64,000 bases of DNA, from assembly GCF_041146345.1 (NCBI RefSeq), contig NW_027191419.1, forward strand, positions 248,001-312,000. Direction: 5' to 3'. Under the pieces are notes generated by a model. It did not search any database and was not told the DNA's origin. It saw only the letters and a list, made by a program, of their open reading frames with translations. How positions within the stretch are numbered: the first letter of the stretch is position 1; each line of letters begins with the position of its first letter. Of this stretch, positions 45,140 through 59,100 are shown one piece after another. Made by a program: the position numbers and the translations under genes. The stretch comes from Neodothiora populina (taxonomy: Eukaryota).

Positions 45140-48100
45140 GGAATCAGAAAGTGTTTTGATCAGGTCCAATCAGAGCAAATGAGATTCGTGTGATGTCGAA
45201 GAGGAAGGCGGCAAGGATGAAGTAAACAGTGAAGAATCACGATGGTGGATTGCTCTTGGACATTGCAGGTCAAGATTGATGTGAAGTGAAGTTGAAGATG
45301 TGTGAATGGCGACTACAACAACAACGACAACTAGATCGAGCGGGGGTTCCCAAACTGTTGAAAGTATGTGAAGAAGGAGAAGCAAGGAGTGAAAAGGAAG
45401 TCAAGTCAAGACAGGTAGGCATGTACATGTATGACAGCGACGAGAAATGCTGGCGGTCTTTCGGGTCAAGACAGGAACAAGCATACGGGTAGCAAAAGCG
45501 ACATGACACTGCGGCCTTAGTGGAGCGAGGGTTAGCAATCATGGAAAGTGTGAAGCAACTGTTTGGGTACATCACGTATGCACGTAGGCAGACAGCAATA
45601 GCATGAAGGCCTGTTCTTCCGCGCCATGATCATCGGAACAGCGGCGGAGCTGATGGCGCTGGGCAAACGTTCATGAGGATGGCTTCGCGTGAAGTCTGAA
45701 TCAAGGTCCGGCTGGTTCCAGACATGGAAGTTCCAAGACCTCACCGCAAGAGGCGCAGGAAGGAAATGGAAGGAGAGGGTCAGGGCCAACGTTGACATCA
45801 GATCCACGGCTTCCTCACGCCGAGCTGGACCCAGCAACAGCGGCCGGGCTAGACGGATATTGGCAAATCAGCGTTCTGCCCCATCACAGGAGGATATGAC
45901 CGTGTGCCGCCCGCACAACCTGTCCTATGCAAAAAGAAATCCCATGTCGGACTCTAGCAGCGCTATGTGTTATCCCTGGCCTTTACTTGATACTGACACA
46001 GCTTGCTATCAATTCAGCTGCCCTGCCATGCGCCCCAAAAGGACAGCAGGCGACTACCGGCAGCAGCCAGCCTCAGCCGTCGCTTCTTTTGACGGCATCC
46101 TATCGGTCATGGCCTTGTCTACGGTGCATGACCCGCCGCGGCTTCAAGCATCTTTTTTGCGTGCACGTTTGGGACTTTGGACATAAGACAATCGAACTGC
46201 GCGGGCTATGATTCGCCAAGCCCATGGCAGATCCAGTGGATTCAAGGCTCGGCAAACCATTCCTGCGTCGCACCGCCAGAGAGATGCTTGCAAGCAGCCA
46301 TCATCCGTCCGTTTCAGCTGTGACGAAAGACTCCTAGACTATTGACCATAAACCCGTAGAGTGACGACGCTGGCTCCATCGTCTGATGGCTTGGGACAGC
46401 ATGCGCCAACGCCGATGCGACTGCCTCAACTTTTTTTTGATTTAGAATGCTGGTTACGGGAGCTAAAGTCGATCTTGGGCCAGCTCATCCTTTAGACACC
46501 CTTCCCTCCACCCCCCCCACTTTGTTGTGTAGGGGGGGGGGGATCAAACGCCCAGCCAATTACTATGGTCATGCAACCGATATGATTTAGGCCCTGCTCT
46601 ACGTCGGCTCAGGTTCTCTCTCTCTGCACATATTATTGTCTTTCAATATTTGATTTGCTGCTTCCCTGGGAAATGGTCCGAGTGGACCATAGGAATGCTT
46701 ATCGGTTCGATTTCAACGCCTTGCATTGCTAGAATCCTCACGGTCCGCTTCAAATCCTGTGTCAACTTACGAGGCTACACCGTGCGTACGGGGTACAGTA
46801 CTTGCGAATAGGAGAAGAGTCGTTGTGGAAGCATCACATCGGTCTCGAATCATGCTACAGAGTACCTCGCTGATCGCGACACCATCTCGCGCAGAGTGTA
46901 ATTGTCCAATGACGGATCCTTCGTGACTGCAAAGTTTACCACAAGCGTAACTATCGCCCTGTCTGTACCGTGTGTGAGGCTAGGTCGTGCTTGTCGTTGT
47001 CTCATCAACACACACTTCTGGATTAACAGCATCGTGCAGCATACATCTGCAAGGGCGAATGCTATGAACTCTAAATCCTTGTGCCATACAGGCCAATGAT
47101 GGGATTTAGCGCACTTTGCTTAGACCAGGACTTGCACATTCGTCTCGCTTCGTTAGTGAATAAGGTACGAAGCTACTGACGATGGTTGTCCATTTTGTCG
47201 AATTACTAGTACTACCGGAAGCTACACCGACCGCAGCCGCCCCGTTCGCTGGAATAATAAATCTCGAGGAGAAAATACAAATTGTATGCTGACTCATCAC
47301 CATGGTTCTCCACTGTGCTGCCCGTCTCAGTGCTACAAATCACGATCAGCAGCGCGACCGTTGCAACTCTCGCTTGTGGGCTACTGTGGATATGGGCCCG
47401 CCACAGCTTTGGAACGCCAGGGAGGACGAATAAGGTTGCTGCGACCTTGCTCGTACAGTCGCCACCACGAGTCTTGAATAGACTATCGTGAACCACTCTA
47501 CATCGAAACTATGCTCCTACGCCAGTTCGTACAAGGATACTTTACAGTACATTGGCCCGACGACATGTTGTCACACGCTGTGCATGGGGAATCCTCTCAC
47601 ACATGGGGGCCGCTTGAATCATCTACATCATTGTAACTTTGGGCACCCGACCAGCAGCTGACCATTACGTACACATATAGACAGATGTATTAGCGATGCT
47701 TACCACGGTGTTTGCTTGGACACCGGACGCCACAGCTCGTCTGGCCTACCACTAAAACCATTGTGATCAGCCACTTCCGAGCATTTATCCCGAGGTCATG
47801 GCAGTAATTTCACAACTGGCGAATACCATGTACAGTACGATTCTTGGAGTTCGAAAAGATCTGAAGTCCGCGGTTTACAGCCAATGACAGTAGCTGAGGA
47901 CCCTGTTTGTACATGTACTGTATTTGGACATGACTACTTCATGCCCTAGCCTTTGCAGTGTTGGATCCCAAGCCTGGACGCTTTGGGAAAAGCGCGACTC
48001 TATCAGTGCATGGAGGACTAACCACTTTGATAACCTTTATGAGGTTCAGAACGCCCTCGCGCAGGCGCGTCAACGTTTGAGAACAAGCAAGGTGCACAAG

Positions 48101-51100
48101 TATTCAATGCCCGTGCGCATTTATGATAACTTAGGTAGTCTTGAGGAAAATTCGGCGAGATCATGAGAGACGTCTCAGATTCCATCGGCGTGAGACGAGG
48201 ACGGTCTTTGCCGAAGCAGAGAAAAGAGTGGTGCAAGGACTGGGTCTCATTTGAATTAGATACATTTACCAATAACAATGCGTTGCCGCGTGCATCAGTA
48301 TGTCGATATACGCGGCCAGCTTTTGGCTAATAACGACGAGCCAGAAGTTTCACGTCACACGCTGCAGTCCGGTGGAGCTACAACCAGGCCGAGCAGGGCA
48401 AATATTCGCAAACAGTGTGACTGTGGTCTTTACCCGAGACCGCCGCCAGCAGATGACCAATCACGACGTCTCGCTAGCCGCATTGGCAGACCCTGTGCCA
48501 ACAGGCAACTCTCCTTTCCAAACAATCTCCCCACTTCTTTTCAGTGCCGCATACCCAATACCAGCGGAACCTTCTTCTGGGTCCATTACTCGGACCCGAC
48601 GTCGTATCTTCGACAGATCGTGCTCACTCTTCTTATATACTTACCTAGTCTAGTCCAGGATAGTCTGTCCGACACGCAATCATGCCGAGGCTTTGCAGTC
48701 GTTAGTGGTCGCGAAGCACTCACGCGAACCTGTATCAAGGACACTTTCGTGCGGGTCACGGATCAGCAAGCCCATTATTTCCACTTACTCCGCACGGCTG
48801 GAGAACTTTTTCTACCCTTTCCCCCTTGCGAAGCATCAATAGCGGCTTCCTGCTTCGAAAGTAAGTAGCACGTCTCTCGTGATCGGGTACGGCAAATGCA
48901 AGACTCACAACATCCTTGTCACACTTCCGTCAGCTTCATGAGCCCGTTCGCGAAGACCGTTGCGACAAGTTCCACGACACGGTACAATTTACGACGAGAG
49001 AAGCCTGTGCATGTTCCTCTTTACTTTTCTCTTCCTCTTCGACTTTGATACTCGGTTGGTTCGCTCGTTGGTTAGTTGGTTGGTCGGCGATGATGACACG
49101 TTGATCGAAAGGTGTATATCATTACATGGCGTCTCCGCTTTGCATTTCCCACTTGCCCTCTGCTGGTTGGACAGACTTCGGTATAAAAAAAACTCGTTAT
49201 CAGGAGTTGTTGCTGGAGGCCGAGACTACTGATCGCGCGTGGCTTTTGCAAGCGTCTTGTTATGGTTGACAAGCCGTAGGTCTCCATGGTCAGCGTCCGT
49301 TGACCGCCTTGTGGGATTATTATGCACCAAGCTTCACCGTTGTTGCACCTCCACTTTGCGCCTCATCCCTGCTTGTAGCTTCTTCGTCCACAAACGACAA
49401 AGTGACTCGTCAAGGTTGCCTACTTTTCTCGCCAATATACAGATCTACAAGCGTGCAGAGGCTGAGCGCTCCGCAATTATTTACTCTACACACACCATTG
49501 TGTACTTATCGTACGCACCGTTCTCACCGTTTCCACTCTTTATTGGACCATATGGCTCTTCCGCTGCTTGATCATCTGCTTCATGTCTGGCCTGGATGAT
49601 CGATACTTTTACCAAAGTTCTGCCCTCCACGGGCGGGTTTGCTTGCATGCGGAGAAACGCCCATCCTCCGATTCTCACTACATGTCTTAGATCCCACTAT
49701 CCTAGGATTTCGTATTGACTAACGCAACGAGAGTTGATTGCACCTAGCAAGCCTTGTTGCCGCATTCTGGGGCCTGTGCAGTACTTTACCGTCGAAGTAT
49801 CAATGCTTATGCCATATTACGATCACCTTGAAGAATACGGACCGTCGGCCATGCTCTTGAGACTCTACGCCGTCGCACTTCGGAAAAGCACTGGACATGA
49901 GCAGCAATCACGGGCGTTAACACAGCGGTCTCTTCGTTGCACATCTCGTTATCGCCGCTGATGCAATCTGTGTTCGCCTCGATCATCAGAGCAATCGACC
50001 CTGACTCAGTCGTAAACGCGCTCAGCCTCTCGCCCGCGCTCTACAGTTTGCGACTCCGACATGTTTGACGAATGTAGGTGCATTGTAGTCTGCCTTGGTG
50101 CTGATAGTTCTGCACGCATGGTTCGATTGCGACCGCATCGGTCACTGCTGTACCTACAGACATCATCTGCGTCGCTTGCCTGCAGCAAGAATCATAGATA
50201 CGGCTCGCCGAGCAGACACACGGGTAGATACTAATCAGCCTGAAACTTGTTCTACCACGTGACCGTTACTATTGTAGGTAACTACGTCTGCAAGACGTTC
50301 GGCTTGTCGTCCTGATTTATTTGCGAGGCAATTGTAGATTCAACATAGTACAATTAGACTCCCAGTCGCGCCACTTGGTTCATTCCTATACGATAATGAA
50401 GGAAGATGGAAAGGTAGGGTAGTAATTGCGATTACTGGACGTGTCTCTGAGATCTCCACATCGATAGGATGAGGCTTGAGACACATAAAATGCTCCACTC
50501 AGCCCTGTAGCGTCAGTCCGACGGTCAGCAGTGCAGCTTGGAGACCATGACCAGGACGACCTCGACTCCACTTGTAATACAACTGCCACTACGCTTTCAA
50601 CATCTTGCAGAAATACCTTGTATTCCCGACAGCCCCTTTGCTCTCCTTGCCAACGCGAAAGGACCACACCGGTAAGCTTCAAGTATACGACTCTAGCATG
50701 GACTGGCCTGGCCTGGGCAGAGTAGTGAAACAGCTTTTGGCCAAGTTTCGGTGTCAGCGGTAACCCTCCTGCGGTGTCACAACATGGTCGCGACAAAGAC
50801 GCAATGTACTTCAAGCATTCTTGTCCTTCGCGGCCTAAAGTGCTCACCATGTGGGGCCAGCAAGCAACGCGATCAGGACAAGTCCTACGGCAAGAGCGAA
50901 GGTGATGAGGTTGCCGTCGACCCTCATGTCCAGTCTCAGCAGTGCATGCGAGGCGCTTCTCCTTTGCAACCTGCTGTATCTATCCCACTAGACCTCGTAC
51001 CTTCCTGCACGAAATGTTGACGATATACCTTCAAGGTAGCGTTGGTCACACGAAACAGTCCGCGAGACTGGCAAGGATACTCACACAAACACTTGTGACA

Positions 51101-51677
51101 CTGTAGTGCAAGCAGGATTCTAGAAAACTTTGGCAAGATCGTTGTGGTCTTATTGCTTTTTCTTCTTCTCCTGGCGGCTGCATCTCACGATTGGTCTTTC
51201 GTCATCACCATGCCCCTGCATTATTGTGTCACGCTACCAGTGTACGTGAATCGTCGGGTACGTGCCTTCCCTCTCTAAGCTGTACAACGCACCGGCGGGC
51301 CCTAGGTAACTATTGGAGATCTAAAGCAGATGGCAGCTTTCACCTCGATAGTGGGTTTGAATTCTGTACGACCACGGTCCGATACACCAATGTTCCGCGT
51401 CTTGCATTGCGAGGGGTATGTATGCTTTGTTTGAGGCGCACACGACAAGATTAAGCAGTAGGAAGGGAACAAATATTGTGGAAATGATGATGTCGACATT
51501 CGATCCCCGTACATGCTTTCTCGTCGCTGTATGAGCACGAAAAGAAGGAACCGCCTTGTGTTTTGTTATTGATACATATTCCTCTCTTCCACTTTCTCGT
51601 AGAAGAGTCGAAAATCCTGTCAGGTGCCTTTGAGGACGCGGCATGTTTCTCACCGCGACCCCTGGTCACTTTGTAAT

Positions 51678-52668
51678 TTACCAGACTCTGTTCTCACTCT
51701 TGCCCACAACCTTGCCACCTTTGGAGGTCATCTTGGCCCGGTCCGCACGGCCGAGTCCAGGAGTCTTGAAGAACAGCGAAGGTCCATGGCCCTCTGCGAC
51801 GAGATGACTCAGGTAGCCCCTGTGAGCAGGATCACGGTAGTATTCGAGATCCTTTCTGCTGGCGGGATCCGGTAGTCTGTATCTGTAGTTCTTGGTGGCG
51901 GCGGCGGCTTCCTCAGCCTCTGACTTCTTGGACAGCAGACTGTTGATGGGATCGGTCTCGCCCTTGAGGATGCGCGAAATGGCGGGACGAGTGTAGTAAC
52001 GAGTGGTGACAGTGCCGCCGGCCTTTTCCACAGCGGCGATGGCAGATGCGGAAGCGCGGCTCACGACAATGTTGATGGGAACAGAAATGGGCGATTCGGC
52101 AGCGGTTGTGTTGCGCGCGAGCAGCTTGACTCCGTCCTTTATGCCGTGCAGACAGCGTGATGCACAGAGCTCTTTGAGGGTAATGGGCTTGGTCGGATCC
52201 AATCGACCCTGGGAGACCCAGTGCGCAATGCGATCGAGGTTCACGGGCGACATGTCAACAGAGAAACTGCACGAAGTTCATTCCGTCAGCCTCAAGTTAT
52301 TCTCACATCTTTTTTCCGGTATTGTCCTGAATCAATGCAACGTACTGGTTCTCGAATCCCCTCTCTCCATGCACTACCACCTCGGGCGTCTGACCTCCAT
52401 TGAAGTTCCTGGGCACTTTACCGTGCTGTTTCTGACCCTTGTGACCACGTCCAGATGTTTTGCCCTTGCCAGAAGAGGCACCGCGACCCCTTCGTATCCG
52501 CTTGTTGTAGGCGCCGTCTGTGTCGGAAAGGGTTGAAAGAATGGATGCAGAGCGCTGCTGCTGCTGCTGGTGTTGGGCCTGGCGGAGGAAGGGAGCGAGG
52601 AAGGAGGCGACTGAGGTGTGCGATTGCGGTTGCGCTGCTCGAGCGAGCAGGTTCAGTCGGGGCGGCAT
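51678..52668 (-). CDS. MRPL10: Mitochondrial large ribosomal subunit protein uL15m (YmL10)
   Basis: ATG 52668 with presequence-like N-terminus; RRGRGASSGKGKTSGRGHKGQKQ..FNGGQTP; intron 52345-52267 (GTACGT..GCTGAC..CAG); GVKLL, SRAS..AI.AVE.AGG, YYRDPAHRGYL. Confidence 0.94.
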
Positions 52669-53899
52669 CTTGGACTTGCTCTCTGCAGGTGTTGTTTGCC
52701 GCTGTACTGTATGATTGTTCAAGTTGAGGTTATCTTTTGCCAATTCGAATCCCTCGGCGTTGCTTGCACAAGGGTCACGTGGATCTGTTATGCATGGTCT
52801 ATGCATCCACCCAGAGCTCATACAACACACAAGTACATCTTATGTATCGATTGGCTGCATGGCCTGTGCACACAGCACCCCTCTCGGGCGGGCCATATCT
52901 TCCAGGGTTTGTATCCACTTCACTAAGATAGATAAGTTGCCTGACTTGTCTACAGCTCACACCGGCGATTGACAAGCACGATCATCTGGGATGACATGTC
53001 ACGGTGTCATGTGCATTGTTGCGCAGCCTTTCGCTTTCTCGTATTTCGTATGCGGATGCTTGGACGAATGTCTCCCGAAGACTGCATCCTTCGTGTTCCC
53101 CTAGCAGCATCCTGGAGCATACTCATGTGGTGCCACCATCATCTACGATCTCGCCCCCTATGCTATGCACTCACACAAGTGTCATGTACGAATTGAATCT
53201 ACACAAGGTTTTGTACTTGTGGTCTCTACTGTACGAATGTACCACTAGAGCCTTGGATCCGAATGGATGGAGCCATGCAGTCGCTCCACCTTGATTGACC
53301 TACAGAACATTCCCTGTGCCTGCCAAGCAGTTGAGGGATCGTGTCGGTCTATCTGTCTGTCTGGAGGCTGGTGCTGACTACATGTACTTTGTAGAGTACG
53401 AAGGTGCAAGCCACCCAAAGTCCTCGTGTCACCGGCCTGTCAATCCCTTCATTCACTTTAGCTTGTACCGCTGTATGTCCCTTGTGGGCATATGAGGCTT
53501 TCTCGTGATCGCTCATCTCCTTTAGTGGCAGTGCAGCGTCACCACATTGGGTGTACAAGATGTTCGGCCATGGCCCTCAGAGTTCAGACGCAAGGCGAAT
53601 ATGCAGCGGCGCATGAGCACCTTGCATGAGTCCTCTAGGAAAGCTACCTTGCTTCGGTGTCTTGGGATGGGGTCAGCCATGTCATATCGGTCCGCTTGCG
53701 CACACGGATGGTGTGCATTCGCTGGTCGACTATGTGGCCATGGTTTTCTCGCTTCCTGCTTGCATGGCTTGTGTGATTTGACAAGCAGCTGTATGCCCAA
53801 TCGTGATCCTTCCAATGCCTTTGCTGCCCGCTCATCACATCCTCCCTGCTTTGCCTCTTGTGTGACAGCCTATGCCACCGCATTAAGTAGGCGAGTCTA

Positions 53900-53919
53900 C
53901 CCCCCCCCCCCCCCCCCCC
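53900..53919. repeat. Poly-C tract (about 20 nt)
   Basis: Directly visible. Shorter C/G runs occur near 11687, 17441, 21750 and 46511-46542. Confidence 0.9.
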
Positions 53920-55709
53920 CGTGGCAGCGTCAAACGCTCACTCTGCCGTCAGCTGGCCGCACCACGTCCACCTACACACGGCCCATCAAGTCGCAACAAA
54001 CTATTCAACACATACCCTGTTTTCCAGTGCTCTCGCAGATACACGCAGTCAGAGTTCATTGGTCTCATGACGTGAGCTCGGAAGTCTTTGCCTTTTGTAT
54101 CGCGAAGCGCTGATCGTGCCGCTTGCAAAACCTAGCAGGTATCTGGAATGATTATCGCAAGTCTCACAAGGATCTGACTGAATCAGCTTTTTCATTGGGT
54201 CCCCCCCCACCCCGGAGGACCAGAACTTCCTTGCGTGCAGGCTATATCCCATGCACAGAAACTGACATGGTTCAGCTTGGCTTTTTGACGGAAAACAGGA
54301 CCGGGAATTAACACGACGCCTCTTCCTCACGTGTTACAAGGTGCCGGCCAGCCCATGCTTTGACACACCGGATCGAGACTTCGGAAACAACACTCTCTTT
54401 CCACTACGGACCTTGGAAAAAATCAGCCAGCGACTGACTAGGACATGGTCGACCAAAAGTCATCCAAGATCTCTAGTGTATACTATCAAGGATGTGCATG
54501 TTCGTCTTCCGATGGACCGCTTCCTTCTCTGACATGTCCAGGGTGTTTGCTTGTTCAGGCCTGCGCGTTTCCACTTCTGTTCTTCTCCTCGACCTGGATC
54601 TGCTCGAGAGATGGCGTAGGGCGTTCGACCATGCTACAGCATTGTGACGAGAACAAAGGCTGCATTGCCCGTCGGGCATATTTACTACCGTCGAATGCCC
54701 TCGCCTCTTTTAGGTTCTGCGTCGACTCTGTTCATAGACAGAATGTCTTCTGAAGCGACGTGGACGATGCATGCCTCATGCCCTCGCCTATTCGAAATCC
54801 ACCTCGCGCTCGCTCACAGACAGATTGTCATACATGTCAATTCCCAGTGCGAGAACGGCCATGAAATGTTGCTGCCTTTAGAGGTCCCTATGGAAGGGTC
54901 GCCTACCGCCACGTTCGACTTGGTAGGTTATTCCATTTCAACACTTTCATCGATCGTCGCGACAGAACCCTAAACGAGGGAAAGCAGTGGCGCGCTGCTG
55001 CACGGGAAACTGATATGAACTATGTAATGTGCCGGAATGTTCTATATCTACTCCAAACATCGTTTCGACCGAGGTAGGTAGGTACACGAAGAGGACAGAG
55101 CGAGTGTTCGATAAGCATTCGTCTGGTGAAAATTGTGACATGGATGGAGTGTTACTCGGACATAGCTGTCTCGTCGAATTGGCTATGTGATCGTAACCTA
55201 TTCATTTTTTCGATCATGGTATGCATGGTTCCACGAGAAAGGCTTGGAGGCTCGCGAGGGCTTGAATGCCGTCGTTTGGTGTCTTGACAGGATCGATTTA
55301 CTCGATTCGAGTGATTCGTGCATTCGCCTTTCATTATACAACCATGGTAGGCTGAACATTCATGTTTGATTTCTCCTGCAAACCGTCCTACCACTACCAT
55401 TGCCACTGCTTGCCGGCCAACGAGTTTTTATTCTTCCCTTGTTCATCATGCAAACTTCTCTTGTCTCATATGAGATCTACCTATCCATTCCATTAAATTA
55501 CATCTGTATGCCCCCCTTGTCCTCATCTAGGGCTATTCCTCATCTATACAGTGTCTATAGCACATGTGCGCTGTCCAATCTCGTCAATTAGTTTCCCACC
55601 CACTGTTCTTCATATCACATCTATCCCTTCTTCTTTAGGTATCACTTGCACATTCTCACCCCTCGACTGTTCTCCTCCCGACCTAAACAGCCTTAACCGC
55701 ACTCCCAGC

Positions 55710-56843
55710 CTATTTAGCAGCAGCCGGAGGCGGCACAACAACATCAGCAGCAGGATGCAGCAACAGCGTAGCAAGCGCAACAACGACCTTAACCCCACCC
55801 GCGACCCAAAAAACCGCCATCATCCCGCCCCTACTCCGCATAATCCACGCGCTAGAAATCGAGCCCACAACAAGCAAAACCACACTCGCCAGTCTCCGAT
55901 TCCTCTTGATGTTCTGTTTGCGGATTGCGAACAGCGCAGGGTCGCCCATGAGGTCTGCGTATGAAGAGGTCAAGACGTTGACGGGCAGCTCGTTGAAGCC
56001 CAGTAGCCGCGTCGTGGCGATTTGCATCCCGCTCTGGAACGCCAGGGGAGGCAGCAGCGAGATTATCTTTATGTTGCCTATGACGCCGCGCGTGTGGGCG
56101 TCGTCTGGCACGCCGGGCGAGCGGTTATGCGGGACTAGGTGCGCGGGCGTCACGAGTGCTGCGGCGATGATGATCAGGAGGCCTTGGAGCAGGTAGATTG
56201 TGCTTAGCCACAGACGGTTTGAGGCGATTGTGCGTGGGGGTGAGGACGGGGTTGAGGGCCGCAGGATGAAGGAAGTGCTGCGGAAGGTGAAGAATGCGCC
56301 GACCAGGAAGGAGCCTAGGGATACGAGCGTTGAAGACCAGGCATGCGGGTTGTTGGGGAGGGTTGCTGATGAGAGGCCCAGGATCACGGTGTTGCCTGGC
56401 GATTGTTGTGCGTTAATGGTTGGCCTTTTGTTTGTTTCTCTCCTTTCTTCTTTGATATATTTCTTGCTTTCTCGTCTTGGTTACGGGTTCGATGATGGAA
56501 GAGTGCAATGTGGTGAATTTTCTTTCCTCCTCTTTTTGTGATGCAGCGTAAGAAGAAAATGAACCTATGCTCAAAACGAAAGAAGACAGCAACACTTGAT
56601 TTTTCATCTCCAATGCGTGTATGTATATCATGACATAGAGTTGAGTTTCTGCAACATGCCAACGTCCATACCAGATCAGTAAAGCATGCCTGACATGTCT
56701 CACGAACCAGCAGACATTACATCCATGTTGTGCCAGAAACCAAGCCACGAACGAACGTAGCCTGAGTATCTCGCAAAAGCTCTGATCGTACACGTTCACT
56801 TCCACCTACCTCATCCCATCTCTCATCTTCGTCAAACACTGCT

Positions 56844-56877
<34 letters not shown>

Positions 56878-57349
56878 CCAACGCCCGTCCATAGCACCCA
56901 AGAGAGAAAAAGAAAACACAACCACCGCGCAAAACCGCAACCACCAAAAAAGCAGCAAGTCCAAAAGAAAAAAGAGACTCACCAGTCTGCATGCCCACGA
57001 AAACCGCCCAATTCGCAAACGTCGCCGCATCGACCATGCCCGTGACGAAACTATGCGCCAACAACGCAAAGTCTCCCTTCGAGCCATCTAACGGGCCTGT
57101 CAGACGCGCGCGCGATAACATACTGGATGATCGGGGCACGATAGGTTCGCCGTGGTAGTTGGTTTGTTGTCTGTCGCCACTGTTGGCAGGGATCATCGGG
57201 GACGGGGCCGAGGTCTTGGAGGATGCGCTTGAGGTTGGGGGATGGTCTTGTTGGGGGTTCGCCTTTTCGTCGAGGTAGGGGGCTGGAGATGTCGGTGGTC
57301 CTTGGTTGGACGAGTGCGCCGCGGTTGCGCACGCTGGATCTTGTTGCAT
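55710..57349 (-). CDS. DUF1275/YoaK-family membrane protein
   Basis: Exon 1 57349-56983 (...SFVTGMVDAATFANWAVFVGMQTG), intron 56982-56396 (GTGAGT..ATTAAC..CAG), exon 2 (NTVILGL...LAFQSGMQ...ELPVNVLTSSYADL). The split motif MQTG/NT is the DUF1275 signature. Confidence 0.88.
56843..56878. repeat. (AAC)n microsatellite inside the DUF1275 intron
   Basis: Directly visible. Confidence 0.9.
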
Positions 57350-59100
57350 TTGGTCGTTGCTTTGTTGTTGTATTCCTGGTGATGATGGATATGTTGTCTG
57401 AAAGTTCCTGGATTCGATTCTCCGACGATGAATATATTCGTTCCTTTGGAGGGGTGTGTAGTCCGATGCGTCAAATGCTACTAGCCTTCAAGTGCCTTTT
57501 CAAGCGAATAGTTACACCTTGATAAGTACTCGATTCGAGGCCCCGCTTACTAGTGAAATACTCGGCCAGTCTTTCTTTTCTTCCTATTAATGCTCGATGC
57601 TCTATAGTCCGAGCACCAAAGAGAAGAAAACAAACAAAAGTCCAGTCGCAGTGTTGTATACCTACGAACCCTCTGAGAAAGAGAAGTCGGCCAGCAGTCC
57701 GAAGAAAGAAAAACCGTCACTCGTGCGAGTACAAGTATTATACAGTACAAGCGATCGATCCTTGCGAGATCTTAGCGCGAAGACAAAAACCACGACGGCG
57801 CCATGCAAGCGACCAAGGGTCCTTCTTCCAGAAAATCGTATTCTTCAAATCACGTCTAAAGTTGTTGGAATGAGAATGTAGAGAAGACAGGCAGATAGCA
57901 ACAAAGAAACCCATCAAATCCTTCTATGAGTCAAGAGCATCAGCAACTCAAAAAAAGGAGAGAAGCAGAAAAAGTAACGAAGAGTGAGGTACTCTCCCCT
58001 CGCTATCCTCAAACAAACACCAAATACCTACACACTATCTTATCACGTCTCTACCCTACCAACCATACCAAAACCCGCAACCACAGATGAAAGAAAGATT
58101 GCGCTTGCGCCGAGGGGGCTGATTTCGCCGGCCGACATGCGCGCCGAACGATGGGTATCGCTTGCTCGCTCGTCCCGCCGGCGAGACGCCCTCTCCTACC
58201 TCACTGCTTTGCTCGCGAAGTTAGGTAAATGCACTGGACCATTTGACATAATTACATTCCTCAAGCCAACGACGAAGAAAACAAGGCCAGGCCGTCGGCC
58301 GGCGACCGACTGCAGTGGGTGCGTAGGACTCTCCACGTCCGTGGGTGGGGCTACTGGGTCTTGACTTTCTTTAAGGTGGGTTAGTACGGCTGCGCTTGGC
58401 TTTGTTGGGATTGAAGCGTTGCGCGCGAAAGCTTATTTTATTCTTTTTTCTATTGTGCGATGAGTAGAGGTGGGATTGGGATAGGGTTTGCTGTGGTTAT
58501 TTCTTTGAGCTTGCGCGATGGGGGCTTGGGATGAGGTGATCGTGTGTGTATATGCTATTACTCTTGGTTTGAGGTGTTGTGTTGCATCTTCGTAGCCTAT
58601 GCGCAGGATAAGTTTATCACTGTAGTGTTGGACGTGCGTGGAGACAAATGTCAATGTTGTACGGAAGACCTTGGTATTTTATGTGTGTGCGATTCGTCAT
58701 TTCAGGTTGACAACCCAGGTCCAAGATGCTCTTTGGGCTAGACATCAATGTTGGAGACGAGAAGAAAGGCTCCACGCAGTGGCGCTGTCCGCGTAGGACA
58801 TCCATTCGGCCCCCAGGTAAGGAATCGATCTAGTGCAGCGGGTTATCGAAGGTAGATATGTGAGATATTGAGTGATATACACCATTACGTGTGATCAAGA
58901 GATGGCAAGAGAACCAGAACAGAAGAGCTTCTTTTGCATCTACGCCATGTCCCCCTCGAGTTCAAGCGCCCTAACGCCTTGATAGTTTTGTGTTCGTCTG
59001 CCCCTGATCCCATTGATGGACAGTCAAACATGTTCCTGATAGATGCAATACGTAAATACAAATTCCCTCCTTTTATCCCCCATCATCTCCATAGCGCAGC

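Noticed and set aside
45140..45169. TTG start for the cyclin
   Set aside because: It is an artefact of the alternative-start ORF caller; an in-frame ATG lies 10 codons downstream and nothing supports non-AUG initiation.
46668..46720. tRNA-like A-box (TGGTCCGAGTGG) and B-box (GGTTCGATTTC) pair
   Set aside because: The boxes are only ~18 nt apart with no anticodon arm or acceptor stem; only a 7-bp hairpin ATGGTCC-GAGT-GGACCAT is present.
45900..51600. Protein-coding genes or transposon in the 5.7-kb interval upstream of the cyclin
   Set aside because: Only short ORFs without recognisable motifs, terminal repeats or transposase/RT signatures; treated as regulatory DNA, though small spliced genes cannot be excluded.
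56640..56720. TPP riboswitch in the long DUF1275 intron (TGATCTGG resembles part of the aptamer)
   Set aside because: No CTGAGA element or following TAATxCCAGCG..AG pattern, and the gene is not thiamine-related.
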